DNA of 45,743 nt from Vicugna vicugna. Lineage: Eukaryota. The notes under the pieces were generated by a model that saw only the letters and a list, made by a program, of their open reading frames with translations, was not told the origin of the DNA and ran no database searches. The stretch lies in contig MU062907.1 in NCBI GenBank assembly GCA_013265495.1, forward strand, positions 3,702,305 through 3,748,047, written 5' to 3'. The first letter of the stretch is position 1, and every line of letters begins with the position of its first letter. Positions 21,967 to 34,075 of the stretch are shown here, piece after piece. Both the position numbers and the translations under genes were made by a program.

Positions 21967-24900
21967 GTTACCAAAGACCAAGAAGAGGAAAATCAGAAGG
22001 GACCTGTTTGTTGGACAATCCACTTCTTGTATTTTTCTTCAATTCCTCATGCGTCTCCCTTGCCTCTGAACCTCTGCTCCTGTTTATTTCCACCTTTGCC
22101 CTCCTTCTCTCTTTTTTGCCGCAGGGCCTTATGCCCTTCTCCCATTCCTGTGTCCCCTGCCTTCCCTGGCCTTCGCGGCCCCTGCTGTGAGCTGGAAGGG
22201 GACAACTGACAGCATTTTCTCTTAGGATCAAAGGAGCTAGTGCTCTAATTTCTGGATTTCCCCCTAATATTTTATTTAGCTTATTTGCTAATATCCTTTA
22301 GAAAGTGTTTCGTTCCTGAAGAATACTTAAATGTAAGAGAAAGAAAGCCGGCGTCAAAATGAATCTACTCAAAATGAATCAATAAATAGACACACAAGCA
22401 AATGACCGGAAAGCTAAGCCTGAATTTTGAAATCAGGTTGGCGCCGTGGTAGAAATCCTGTAGCCTTCCCGTCCTTCCCACTCTGCAGTCCTTCCAGTTG
22501 GGAAGTGGCCAGGACTAAGGGACTGGGACGTGTTCCTGATGGGAGTGGTCCGGGGCGCCTGCCTGGCAGTTGGCCCTTTGGAAGGACTCTGGCTCCGGTC
22601 GGTCTCGGTTGCCCCCACGCAGGATCACAGGCGTGGTGGGGGGAGAACCAGAGCAGAGCAGTTCTCAGACTGTCCTGACAGACAACATGAACGGTCCAAG
22701 CTAGAACCAGGAATGTGGTTTCCCGTACATTGTGTCCTCCTTATCCCCATTGAAAGTTTCTTTAAGAAGCCTTGCACTTTTTTCCCCCCTCTGGGAAACC
22801 ATCAGCCTTCCTTTCACAAAGCTCTTGGGGTCACGCACTCATAATGCACTAAAAAACAGAGGCAAGGAAAACTATTCTGAAGGACATTTTGCCCAATTTG
22901 GACCACAGCCCTAGACATCCATTGTCTGCTGGTGTCCAGAGGGCGAGTCTTGGAGAATTCATTGCCCCTAGAAGAGTGGTATTTTGGCCATCAGTGGGTA
23001 TCGAGTGATTGACAATTCGAGCTAGCCATGCAACTCAGAATCATTCAGTTATGGAATAAGCACCATAGAAAAGGATGTGCTTGTGTGTACGTGTGTGAAT
23101 GTTACTGGCTTCACATAGCGCTCTCAGCGGGATGGGGTGCAGCCTTCACATCCGTGGTGCATACTGTTCACTCATATGCACTACGGTACCTCTTATCCTT
23201 TCTACAGGACGCTGTGACAGACACACAGTAAAACCTTTGTTGAAGGGAATTGTTCTAGTTAGATGAACATCAAGCAAAAATTTCTTTATATGTAAAATAC
23301 ATAAAACACTGGTACGCTGGTAAAATTCCAGTTACCGATATGATGTCAACTGGCTTGTGAAATTCCTGAAAACTTAACAGTGGGCTCTCGGGGACCATGT
23401 GCGCTGGCTCTTGCGTCCCGCTGCCGTTCGGATGCTGATAGAACAATGGACAGTGTGATGCACCAGGCCCTGCCTTCCTCATGCCCTCTGCCGGCTCTGC
23501 CAGGCTCCTGGAGAAGCCATGTGGTGAGCACTTAGAATCACTCTTCCGTTAAAGACATGTGACAATCTAGGCTGTTGGCGATCAGGCTGCATATTCCAGA
23601 TGCTTCTCCTTTTACTGCAGGGCAGATGTAAACACGCTCCTCTACGATTTCCTTCAGCCCTGTGGAAAGAGAGTGCAGAAAGCCACATACTGGTTACTCC
23701 AATGTGGCTTGTTGCATTTTTTTTCTTTCTTTCTTCTCATCAAAAAAATGAAAACACACAAACCGTAAGTAAAAGAGTTCTGGCAGCTCCCCCAGGCCTC
23801 CTGAAGCCTGCTTACAAGTCCTCTGCATCCCTGCATCAATAGAAGGCAGGAAGGCGTCAGATCCTTAAGATGGTAGAACTCCCTAATGTCTTTTCTGGCC
23901 ATAGACCTTTGCTGTTATCCCACGCCAGTCTTTTCCCCACTTTTATGGCAGATTTATCATCCCTGAAGTTGATAAACCTCAATGACTCTCGAGGAGAAAG
24001 ATAGCAGAGGGACTTCGGCAGCCAACAACCGAAAGATTCGTGGAAAACTTTCTTGGCTTCCTACTATTTATTGATGGATATATTTATTTTTGTAATATAG
24101 TGTAGATTACCAAATATTTTATTTTTATGTTTGTGATTCCCTCTTGGAACACATAGTTTTCTGTGCTTTTCAAATAGTGCCTCCTCCTGAGCTTGGCTCC
24201 TTTACAATGGATGGCCTGTGTTTTCATCTCTCTCTTTTTGGCAGCAAAATTGCCTGTTATTCGGAGGAGCCTTGCCAAAAGCTTGCCATAACTTTGTATA
24301 TTTGTATCTGGTAGGCATGCTGTGAGCCCCGTGACGTATTTGCTGATTTGTAAATAGGACAGTTTTAACCAAAGTGTAGGTGTTGCAGAAAATATTTAAC
24401 CAATACATTGCCATGTTGTTCTAATGAGCAGACACTGCCATTTTGCTGCGAGAGGAAAATTTCAGGCTGTAAGGGACTTCGATTGCTGCTCCGTGAATGG
24501 AGACGGTATTTAATTGGGGCCTCCCATCCCCCAAACGGGGTGTTTCCCCTCTGTATCCATCGCTTTCACTGACCCACCAATTCAGAGATCCGACTGGACA
24601 AATTCACTTGTAATTGGACCAGTTACTCTATAAATGTAAAAATATTAATTTAGTGATGTCCCAAAAGACTCAGGCTCATGGTGCCTAAACCCTGTGTATG
24701 GTTTGTTTGTTTTTTTTGCCTGTGAAATCAATGGCAAATACTTTTCTCAGAACTGTTAGTAAATATTTGAGATTCTGTGGAATCTGTACTCTTTAAGTAA
24801 AAAATATTTTCACAGAAAGGAATTTTGCATATGACATCTTACTGGACTCATCAACAAACCACAGAGTCCAACAGTGTCTTAGTAAAACCATTTGCAATTT

Positions 24901-25605
24901 GTCTGTAACACTGAGGGGACGTTGCCCCTCTGAAAGACTGTGAATCTTTCCACAGAGTCACGACGGCTCCTATGTAGCCCTTTTCAGTTCTGCTAAGAGA
25001 GCAATGCTTCTGTGACCCTGTACATTTTCTTGAACTCCAGCAAGACATTTGATGTCACACGTTAGATAGAAAGAGAATAGATAACATTGTATAATAGCAG
25101 TGTAAAAGGCGGTTTCTAGGTGTGGACGTGTGTTTGTAAGTTAATAGCCCCATCAAGGAGTGACTGTTTGTCGTGATCAGCGTGTTATTTCTATCACACA
25201 CGAGCACTTGTTTTGTGAGTGTCTGTCCTGATTGCAGCGAAGATGTGGACGCACTGTGCTCGTGGCCACCTAACAAGCCTCCACAAATACAGAAAGGAAG
25301 TCAGCTAATTCCACAGTTACACCGAATCAGATCAAGTGTGTCCATGTTCTCCTGTAACACCTGTTCATTACCTATGTCCAAATTTACATAGTAATTGTTA
25401 GATGGAAATGAAGATGGATATGAATATTTTGCACTGTGTTCAGAAGCAACCTGTGTACATGCAGACTCATCCTGCTCAATAAAATGGGAGAATTATTTTG
25501 ACAACAATTCTGTGTTGCTTATTTTTCCTTGAGGTAAAATCTTTTCCACATTCCCTGCCTCCCTCCCCCCCCACCCTATTTCTGTTTCACAGTATATCCA
25601 GATAG

Positions 25606-25611
25606 AATAAA
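25606..25611 (+). terminator. Candidate distal polyadenylation signal of BMP10
   Basis: AATAAA at the end of the repeat-poor downstream block; a second AATAAA at 25478-25483. Confidence 0.5.
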
Positions 25612-27459
25612 ACTTTCTGCTCTCTTAACAGAGCATAGCCTCTAAATGGTCTCAGCAGAGAGTGACTCTATGGTTCTTCCATTTCCCACAGCTTTCTGTA
25701 AATCCCAGGAATGCCAGAGACACACCAGAAGATGGAAATTGGCTCCTTTTTGTCAATAATTGAGAAATGTTTCCTCTTTGAATTTGGAACCAGGCAGCTT
25801 TTAAAAAAATTACTTTGGGAAGACTGTTCAGGCTAAATTTCACTGAAATTTGATTATTGAGCCTTCAGAGATGTTCAGGCTTGGGAAGAGACGGGCTTTG
25901 AAGAGAATTTTAAAGTTATCTGAGGGCCATTCGATCCCGCAGCCCACCGAAGCGCCTTTTATCTTTTCTGCAACTATTACTGGTGAGAAGTGAACATACT
26001 ACCTTCTTAAGAGCACCTGGTATATTTTTAGAGGTGCTGCCTTGATTGAACTCATTTCCTTGAATAGCTTTAAGTCGCTAACCCATTTGCACAAAACTCA
26101 CTGCAGGAGAGATGAACATGAGCTCAAAGTTGTTCCTTAGATGGAACTGAAGTCTCTCCTGTGTCCCTCGTAACTTCCCAGTTCCCAGCTCTTGCAAATA
26201 TCTAATCCATTTTCATGTCAGTCCCTCCAAATTGCAAATAACTCTCCTGTCTTTCTGAATCCACGGTTCCCCCTTTCCCTGCAATAGGGTGTGTTTGAAC
26301 ACGTGGCCCCGAAACAGTGGACTCCCTTAGCCGGATGGAAACACGAGGAAAGCCTGCACTTGGGCGGGACCTGGGCCTGAGGGGCTAATAGACTTGGTGA
26401 CCAGAGGCTGCCGCCTGTCCTGGAAGGAAGTGCATTCTTATGTCACAACGTGGGATATGAAGGACAGAGAGAAAGTTGTGGGGTGGGGTGGGGCTGAGAA
26501 TCCTTTCGTCAGACTGTCATCCTGCACCTCTTTGGGAGGGAATCCTCCCACGTGCAGACTATATCTGGCAAGTGCCTCGGCAGAGAGCACGGCCTTTGTC
26601 CGTCTGTGTCAGAACAGGGAAGAGCGAGACGAGGAGTTTGAGTCATGGAGGAAAGAGAGCTGAGAAACAAGATGGGGCTCTGGTTAGGGCTGGAATGAAA
26701 AAGCTTGAAAAGCCCTTCTTATGACTTGATTTTGAATTCTTCAGCAACGCAGTCCTTCTCTTCTGTGAATAATTCCATCTGACCTGAGCCGGGCAGCAGG
26801 AGACCAGCCCACTAGGGTTGTAGGAGTTTCTCATCTACTGATACAGCCCGAGGTCGTGTTGGGCAGATGGGGTGGCAAGTGCTTTGGGGGGTGGTTTGTT
26901 TACCAAGCAAGAGAAAACAATTATTTCCAAAGCTTAGATTATACACTGAATAATACTCACAGGTTCGAAAAGTGCTCCCATCGCAAATGGATCTTTGTGG
27001 TGTTGGGGGAAAACCATGCCACGAGACCGTCCGTGTGTGACTCCAGTCACGCGGGTGAGAGCCCACTTTCGTGCAGAAGTGACTATTTGTAAATAAGGGG
27101 CCTATTTGGAGAAGGTGAGAGCTTGTTAACTTGGGTGGTTATAAATGGATTATGAGATTATCTCCAACTCACTCTCCCGAACTGTCAGTTTACAAGAACC
27201 AGTTCCGGCCCTCTCTTAACCTTCCTCGGACCATTCACACAGACCCAGAGTAGCTCCTGGCGTCCCGAGAAGCAAGCCCAGAAACACGCAGACACCCCAA
27301 TCCATTTTTATTCTTAAATGTGATTCTGAGAACCTTAGAAAAAAATTCAGGTCACTTAGTTCAAATTAAGATTCTTTGGTGGGACTCCAGGAGAAAATTT
27401 TCACTCACAGGACACAAGGTCAGCTTTCTGGTACAGCATGGAAATGGTGTTAGAAAACA

Positions 27460-27700
27460 CAGTTCTAACCCCTCATTAGTATTTTTGCCTAAAACGCGTA
27501 ACATCACTTGACCGATTATGAGAGACTATCAGATGAACCCATTTGAAGGACATTCTACAAAATAACCAGGCTGTACTCCCTAAAATCCTCAATGAAAGGC
27601 AAAGAGAAACTGAGGAACTGTTAGAGGTTAAAAGAGGCTAAAAAGACAGGACAGCTAAATGCAACGTGTGACCCTGGATTGGGCCCCAGATGTTTCCCCC
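27460..27700 (+). mobile_element. L1MC-type 3' UTR fragment
   Basis: GAAGGACATTCTACAAAATAACC...GAAACTGAGGAACTGTT...CAGCTAAATGCAACGTGTGACCCTGGATTGG. Confidence 0.8.
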
Positions 27701-29195
27701 CACCGCCCAAAATGGGCAAAAGGACATCATCTTTTTGTTACGTTCACTCCTGCCCAGCGGGACTGCTCAGCTCAACTCCTTCAATTGTACACCGTCAAAC
27801 GACAGTCATTTTAGAACATCTTCTGCGTGATTATGGCTCTTTTTCTGAAGCTGTGGAAAATTGTGAGCAATCAGGCTTCTGCCCGATGTAATCTCTAAAA
27901 ATCAAGCTGGCAGCATTCAAAACAAGACCTTGGCCCGGGAGGTAAACTCAACAGAAGGAACAGAGCCGAAGGGAAACTGTTCTTCAGCGTGGCAAACGTG
28001 ATGTCAGTGCGGGAGCTGCAGCCAAACATTTTCCTGAAATAACCAAGCTCAACACACCATTCCCTGAAAAGAAGCACGCTTTTTAGGCAGTAAACCATCT
28101 GCTTCAAGTGTTTAGAAAACGGATCTCCAATCACGGGTAATTTAAACTTCCTTATACCCCAGTTCAATGTTTGATAAGGGAAGAGTGCTAACAGGATGGG
28201 AACTGAGTTACTATATTAAGAAACCCAGCCAGAACGAAAAACAGCCCCCTGCAGTTATTTTGTTTATGCTCCAGATCCATCTGTTTTAATTAACATGATA
28301 TTTAACACGGGACCAGCTCCTGTTACATCTTTTGCTGCAACTGTCACATGTTTTGTTCTTTGAGGTTTTTTTTTTAAATTTTGAGATTTTGTTGTTGTTT
28401 TTGCCTTTCTTTCTTTCTTTTTTTTTTTTTTTCAAATTCCTACAAAAGCACAACACAGTGAAGTCACATCATCACATCCTAGCTCCCAAAAACCAGGCCC
28501 CCTCTTACTTGGTACCGTTTGGGGTCATGTGTCAGGTGTCAGCTGTCAGGTTGCTAGATGAGATAAAGAATGTCCAGTGAAATCTGAATCTAAGATAAAT
28601 AATGAAAATTTGTTTAGTATGCCTCAAATATTGCATAGCACATCCTTATCCTTAAAAAGTGTATTTGTTGTTTATCTGAAATTCAAATTTAATTGACCGT
28701 CTTGTATTTTATTTGCTAAGTTTGGCGGCCTTCATGGGCTACTGCTCAGAAGTTTACATGAGTGGAAAGAGTCAGGGGAAATGAAGTCCTACTCCCACTG
28801 ACCCCCAGAAGGACTACTCAGAGGGTCACAGGTCAAGTCTACTAGGGTTCATTGTTGAACAACAGCTTTGAGATTTCAGGTTGGAATCCACTTGACCGTG
28901 ACACTGCCTAATACTAAAAACAGTAGCAATTCTGAAAACACCCTCCTCCTCATTTCCCTGGAAATCTTACCTACAGATTTTCTATGTTTCATGATGACTT
29001 TGCCTCTTTTGGATTTTGTTATATTCATAAGCGTGAAATTGCTAGAGAAAAAGGCAGTGCACATTTAGACCATCTGAGTCTGAGAGATACTGCCGAGTTA
29101 CTCTCCAAAACAGTCAGTCCACATCATACCCCATCAGCTGTGCACAAGAGGTCTGTTCCCGCTGAGTTTCCAATACTATTGCTTTCCTTAGCATC

Positions 29196-29652
29196 TGTGG
29201 CTTTGATCGAAATATGCCCCCCTCAAAGTACGTGTTAAAGCCCTAACCCCCAGTACCGCAGCATGGCATCATATTTTAAAACTGGGTCTTCAAAGAGGTA
29301 ATCAGGTTAAAATAAGGTCATTAGGATGGTCCCTAACCCAGAATGACTGATGTCCTTATAGAAAGGGCAAATCTGGACACAGACACAGAGCTGCACACAG
29401 GGAGCACACCATGTAAAGATGAAGCAGAGGTCAGGGGGATGCATCGCCAAGATCAGGAAGGTCAAAAATTGTCAGTAGACCACCAGAAGCTAGGGAGACG
29501 CATAGAGTGGATACCCCATCACAGCCCTCAGATGGAACCAACTTTGCAGACACTGTCATCTTAGACTTTTAGCTTCCAGCATTGTGAGGTTTGTGTTGTT
29601 TAAGCCACTCAGTGTTTGTACTTTGTTACGGCAGCCCTGAGAAACTAGTACA
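29196..29652 (+). mobile_element. MaLR solo LTR (MLT1C-like)
   Basis: TG...CA termini; CCTAACCCCCAGTACC, ATGACTGATGTCCTTATAGAAAGGG, CCACCAGAAGCTAGG, GTTGTTTAAGCCAC, TTTGTTACGGCAGCCCT. Confidence 0.9.
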
Positions 29653-29799
29653 GATGCCAAGTACAATGAATTTAATTAAATACATTGAAATTTATTTCTT
29701 TTATGATTGGTAAGTATGATTTGAATATATTTGAATACATTTACATATTTCTTGATTAATCCTCTTTATTCCCTCAATAGACTTAGCCTACCTTTTACC

Positions 29800-30050
29800 C
29801 ATTGTTCACATTCTTCTAATTGACTTGTTTGAATCTGTATATGATGTGAAATGAATCCTTTGTTTTATGCTGCCAATAGGTTCCCCAGTTTGTTGCTTGT
29901 CTCTGAGTTTTCAAAAATATTGTATTTTGCTGTTCAAAACTCCTACATTTTTATTCAGTCAAATCTGTCAGTCTTTTCCTTTGGAGTTCTTGGCTTTGTG
30001 GGTCATGCTTAGAAATGGTTTGTTTGCCTCAAAATTATTAAAATGTTTTG
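29800..30050 (-). mobile_element. Old L1 ORF2 fragment
   Basis: AGTCAAATCTGTCAGTCTTTTCCTTTGG..TCTTGGCTTTGTGGGTCATGCTTAGAAA is an antisense L1 signature. Confidence 0.65.
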
Positions 30051-30354
30051 TTGGCAGAGTAATGTTTGGCCTGGGTTAAGGAAACAGTCAAGGGAAGGAG
30101 AAGAGATAGAGAGACTAGGAAAGTCTTTTCCTGACTAAGACTATCATGAGCCAATTTCACGCTGAGCCTGGAACAGATTTAAAGCTTCATTTTCTCCTGT
30201 GAGTTCTTTAAAAACCTCCAATTTTGCAATTGCCTTTGAATCTACAGTTCCTAAGGGCTGGTTACTGGCTCCTACAACACCCAGGGAACCAGGAGCACAC
30301 CCTGGGTTCTTTGTGCTTATGTCCCACCATGTCTTTAGGCAATCTTATTGGATG

Positions 30355-30805
30355 GGGTTGTGATGCTGTATCACTGTATAATGAACCCTACCCAAACGAT
30401 GCTTTGAACAATAACAGTCATTTATTTCGCTCATGAATCTGAGGATTGATTGGGCCCAAGGAGGAGATTCTTCCTTGACATCCTGGGCAGTCAGATGGTG
30501 GCTGGGGCTTCATCGTCTCAAAGGCTTCCTCCCTTACACGTGTGACACCTGGCCTGGGACCCCTTAGGTCTCTCTCTGTTCTCTCCATGTGGTCTCTCCA
30601 CGTGGCTACCTCAAGGTAACCAGACTCCTTATAAGATGGCAGAAGGTTTCCAGGGTACGTGTCTAGCCTTGAGAGACATGCAACATCACTTCTGCCATAT
30701 TCTATTTGTGGCCAGCCAGCTCATAACCAATGGATGGGAATTAGACTCCATCTTCCAGAGGAAGATGTACTGATAAAATTTCAAACATCTTTTAAAACCC
30801 CCATA
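30355..30805 (-). mobile_element. MaLR LTR (MLT1J/K-like)
   Basis: ATTTATTTCGCTCATGAATCTG, TCTCCATGTGGTCTCTCCA, CATCACTTCTGCCATATTCTATTTG, GGAATTAGACTCCATCT. Confidence 0.75.
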
Positions 30806-31293
30806 GCTAATATCTGAGAAGTCTCTAAGGTAATTCTCTCTTTTTTGTGCACTGCCCGCCCTGGGACCACAGGAAACACATGCATTCCTCGCTCTCCCTG
30901 ACCCAGCTCGGCAGTAACTGCTCATTACTCCGCCGTCAGAGGGGACACTGGTTCACCTCTTGAGCTTAGATTGGATGGGGCTCAGACTTGAGTCATTCAT
31001 GCTCTTCCTTCAAACACAGGAAACAAATCAGGCTCTCAGGAGGATACAATTTGAAGTAACTCTTACTACACCTGACGTAACGGGCAAGCATTCTTTCCCT
31101 TCCCCTTCAATCCAACAATAAGAGCTAGTCACAGTTCATAAAGAGACATTCAAAATGAATTAATAATCACTAAAATCAAGTTTTGAAGAATACCTATAGG
31201 CATGGCAAATACTTTCTTAAAAGGAAATTTTTTTCTTAAATTAAGTCAAATCATAATTTTTTTTTTGGAAAGTTCCCTAGTGTTTTTTTAATT

Positions 31294-31584
31294 NNNNNNN
31301 NNNNNNNNNNNNNNNNNNNNNNNNNNNNNNNNNNNNNNNNNNNNNNNNNNNNNNNNNNNNNNNNNNNNNNNNNNNNNNNNNNNNNNNNNNNNNNNNNNNN
31401 NNNNNNNNNNNNNNNNNNNNNNNNNNNNNNNNNNNNNNNNNNNNNNNNNNNNNNNNNNNNNNNNNNNNNNNNNNNNNNNNNNNNNNNNNNNNNNNNNNNN
31501 NNNNNNNNNNNNNNNNNNNNNNNNNNNNNNNNNNNNNNNNNNNNNNNNNNNNNNNNNNNNNNNNNNNNNNNNNNNNNNNNNNNN
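31294..31584. other. Assembly gap (291 N)
   Basis: N run flanked by T tracts. Confidence 1.
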
Positions 31585-33889
31585 CTTTTTTTTTTTTTTT
31601 AGATTTGTTTAAGCCAGAGCTTAGAGGTCTCTTTCAGTTCTCTTGGTTTATTAGATTTTAAAGCTCCGTGTGGAATTCTTGATCTTTGGACAAAGGAGTC
31701 ATAGAAAAATTAAGTAACTTCACTGAAGTCATCTAATCAGTCAGTGGAAGACTTAATCACAAGACCTGGATATATAGCAACCTCGGGTGACCAAGATGTT
31801 TTTAGTGGAGTTGTCGCCTGAGATTTGCCTCAATACTTGTTTGTTTAAATGGGCAGAAAACAAACAAAACACTCCAGATCCTCCTAGACTCTCTTCTGCA
31901 TTTTCCAAACTTTCATGGACGTATTGGATCAAAAGCCAGATTTGAACAAATAAATATCCCCAAGCAATATTATTTAGCCAGTAGGGATCTACGTAACGTG
32001 GTTGAATGCCATTGGCTTGAGGAGTTGCAAAGTGAGAAGCAAAGTGCTTTTGAGAGAACCCAGGACATGTGTTGAAAAGCTACATGTGGCGTTAAGTAAA
32101 AGTTGAAGGGAGGGTGGATTCACACGGCAAGTACGGTAACCAAGTCCCATGACCCATCACCTTTGGGTTTGTTGTGTTTTGCCATGACAACTGCTTATCT
32201 TTGGTAGATGTTTTTGGATCCACAGCTGACACATGAGGAAGAGGTTTTTCTTAACAGGTTTGACAAACAAAGACTGAAAATTCAAGAGCTTTTCACGAGG
32301 AGGATACTAAGGGGTTTATTATAACTGCCCTTTTCATCAACATATAAGCGATGTCAAAAAGACACTGAATGGAGAGTACTGGTCACTCTGAGTTCTGATA
32401 TTCACCAATAAGACACAGTTAATCAATCGTGTACAGCTAAATTGAGCTGTTTAGATCGATTACGAGTGCTCTTACTAGCAAAATAACTTAAAATCAACAA
32501 CAGAAAGATCAAAGTATTTGCCTCTAACTCTTGTACCAGCTTGAAGTCCCAATGCCAGGCTTCAGACTTTGCCGTGTCATTCTGAGCCTGCATGGACATC
32601 TTGTGTACTGGTACATCCCTACTCCGTCTTCTTCTTAGACCATCAAAGGACCCCACCATTCTCTGAGCTATCTAGACCTGGGATGGTAACCCCAGAGGCC
32701 CGGCAAGTGACATAAACAAGTGAGGGGGCTGGAGGCCATGGACCGCTGGAGAGCTCAGGCCCCCGCTGATGGCAACAGCAGCTCCCAACCACTGTTACCA
32801 CAGTAGAGTTTGGGCCCACGTGTACCAGATCTTCCAATTTTTAAGATAAATTTGAAATCTGGAATTTTAAATTTTTTGAATTCTTCCATCCAATTCCAGA
32901 AAGTGTCTCCATTCTGAGAAGTACACAAAATACATCTGTGAGACTAATTTGGCCCCTAAGCTACTTCTCTGCCCTCTCTGGCCTTGAGGTTCATTGGGAC
33001 ACTGGGATCGCATTCCTCCTGACCAGGACCGTGACTCTTCCCACTGAACCTAGCAATCGTGTCTGGAACTGGAAGTGTGTCTCCTGAGGCTCATTCTCTC
33101 TGTTCAACTCCCAGCTGCTTCTCTTGGTCAAAGTGGATCAGGAGTTGGGTCAAGAGCTTCCTTGCCCTGCAGTTCTGGGCAGATGACCTCTGCTCTTGCT
33201 GATGCAAAGCCAACAGCATCCCTACTGTTGATCCTGGCTTTGTTTCTACAGCTCACCATTAGAGTGAGACTTTATTTAATAAAGAGACATTCTGTTTCAA
33301 TGGTCCTCAAGCTAGTTTTGTGCATTAGAATCATGTCAGGAATAGTTTTTAAAACAGGGTCCCTGGTCTTAGCCAAGAAAATCACATTGAGTCAAATGGT
33401 TATAACTTCAGGCAGCAGTTCTCAAAAGTTTTATTCTCAGGACCCCTTTACTTCCTTAAAAATTACTAAAGGCCAACAGCTTGTGTTTGGGTAGGTTAGA
33501 GCTCTTGATATTTACTATATTACAAATTCAAACTGGAAGGTTAAAAGCCCTATTTATCAATTCATTTTAAAATTAACAAACTCATTGTACATTAATAGAA
33601 ATAACATATTTTTGTGCCTAATATATTATCCAGGACAAAACTGATGTCATGAGAAGATTGGCATTGCTTTACAATTTTGCAAAAATCTTCCATGTCTGGC
33701 TTACTAGAAGGCAGCTGGATTCTCATACTTGCTGCTGCATTTAATTTATTACAATATTTTATTTTGGTTGAAGTAGATGAAGGAAATGTGACCTCCTACA
33801 TATTTGTAATTGAAAAAGGGAGGCATATTTTCACAGCTTATTCGGATGATTATGGATAGTCTTCTTTGATGCTGTATTAAAATATATAC

Positions 33890-34032
33890 AAGATCTTATG
33901 GTAGTTCATGGAGAAAAAAAATGTGACAATGAATATATGTATGTTCATGTATAACTGAAAAATTGTGCTCTACACTGGAATTTGATACAACATTGTAAAA
34001 TGATTATAAATCAATAAAAAATGTTTTAAAAA
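33890..34032 (+). mobile_element. Short young L1 3' end
   Basis: TGTGACAATGAATATATGTATGTTCATGTATAACTGAAAAATTGTGCTCTACACTGGAATTTGATACAACATTGTAAAATGATTATAAATCAATAAAAAA. Confidence 0.8.
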
Positions 34033-34075
34033 AACAAACAGTGATTGTTTCTTAAATGTTAAGTGCAAGGTAAAC

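Larger units (their letters stand above)
21022..25640 (+). other. BMP10: Putative long BMP10 3' UTR
   Basis: No recognisable transposon for about 4.6 kb after the stop codon, AU-rich blocks, AATAAA at 25478 and 25606. The proximal part resembles the human BMP10 3' UTR. The end point is inferred. Confidence 0.6.

Noticed and set aside
26478-26493. GGGGTGGGGTGGGG as a G-quadruplex
   Set aside because: Only three G-runs; not enough for an intramolecular G4.
29191-29657. MLT1 flanks GCATC / GATGC are inverted rather than direct repeats
   Set aside because: Five-base match in an old, mutated element with uncertain boundaries; chance.
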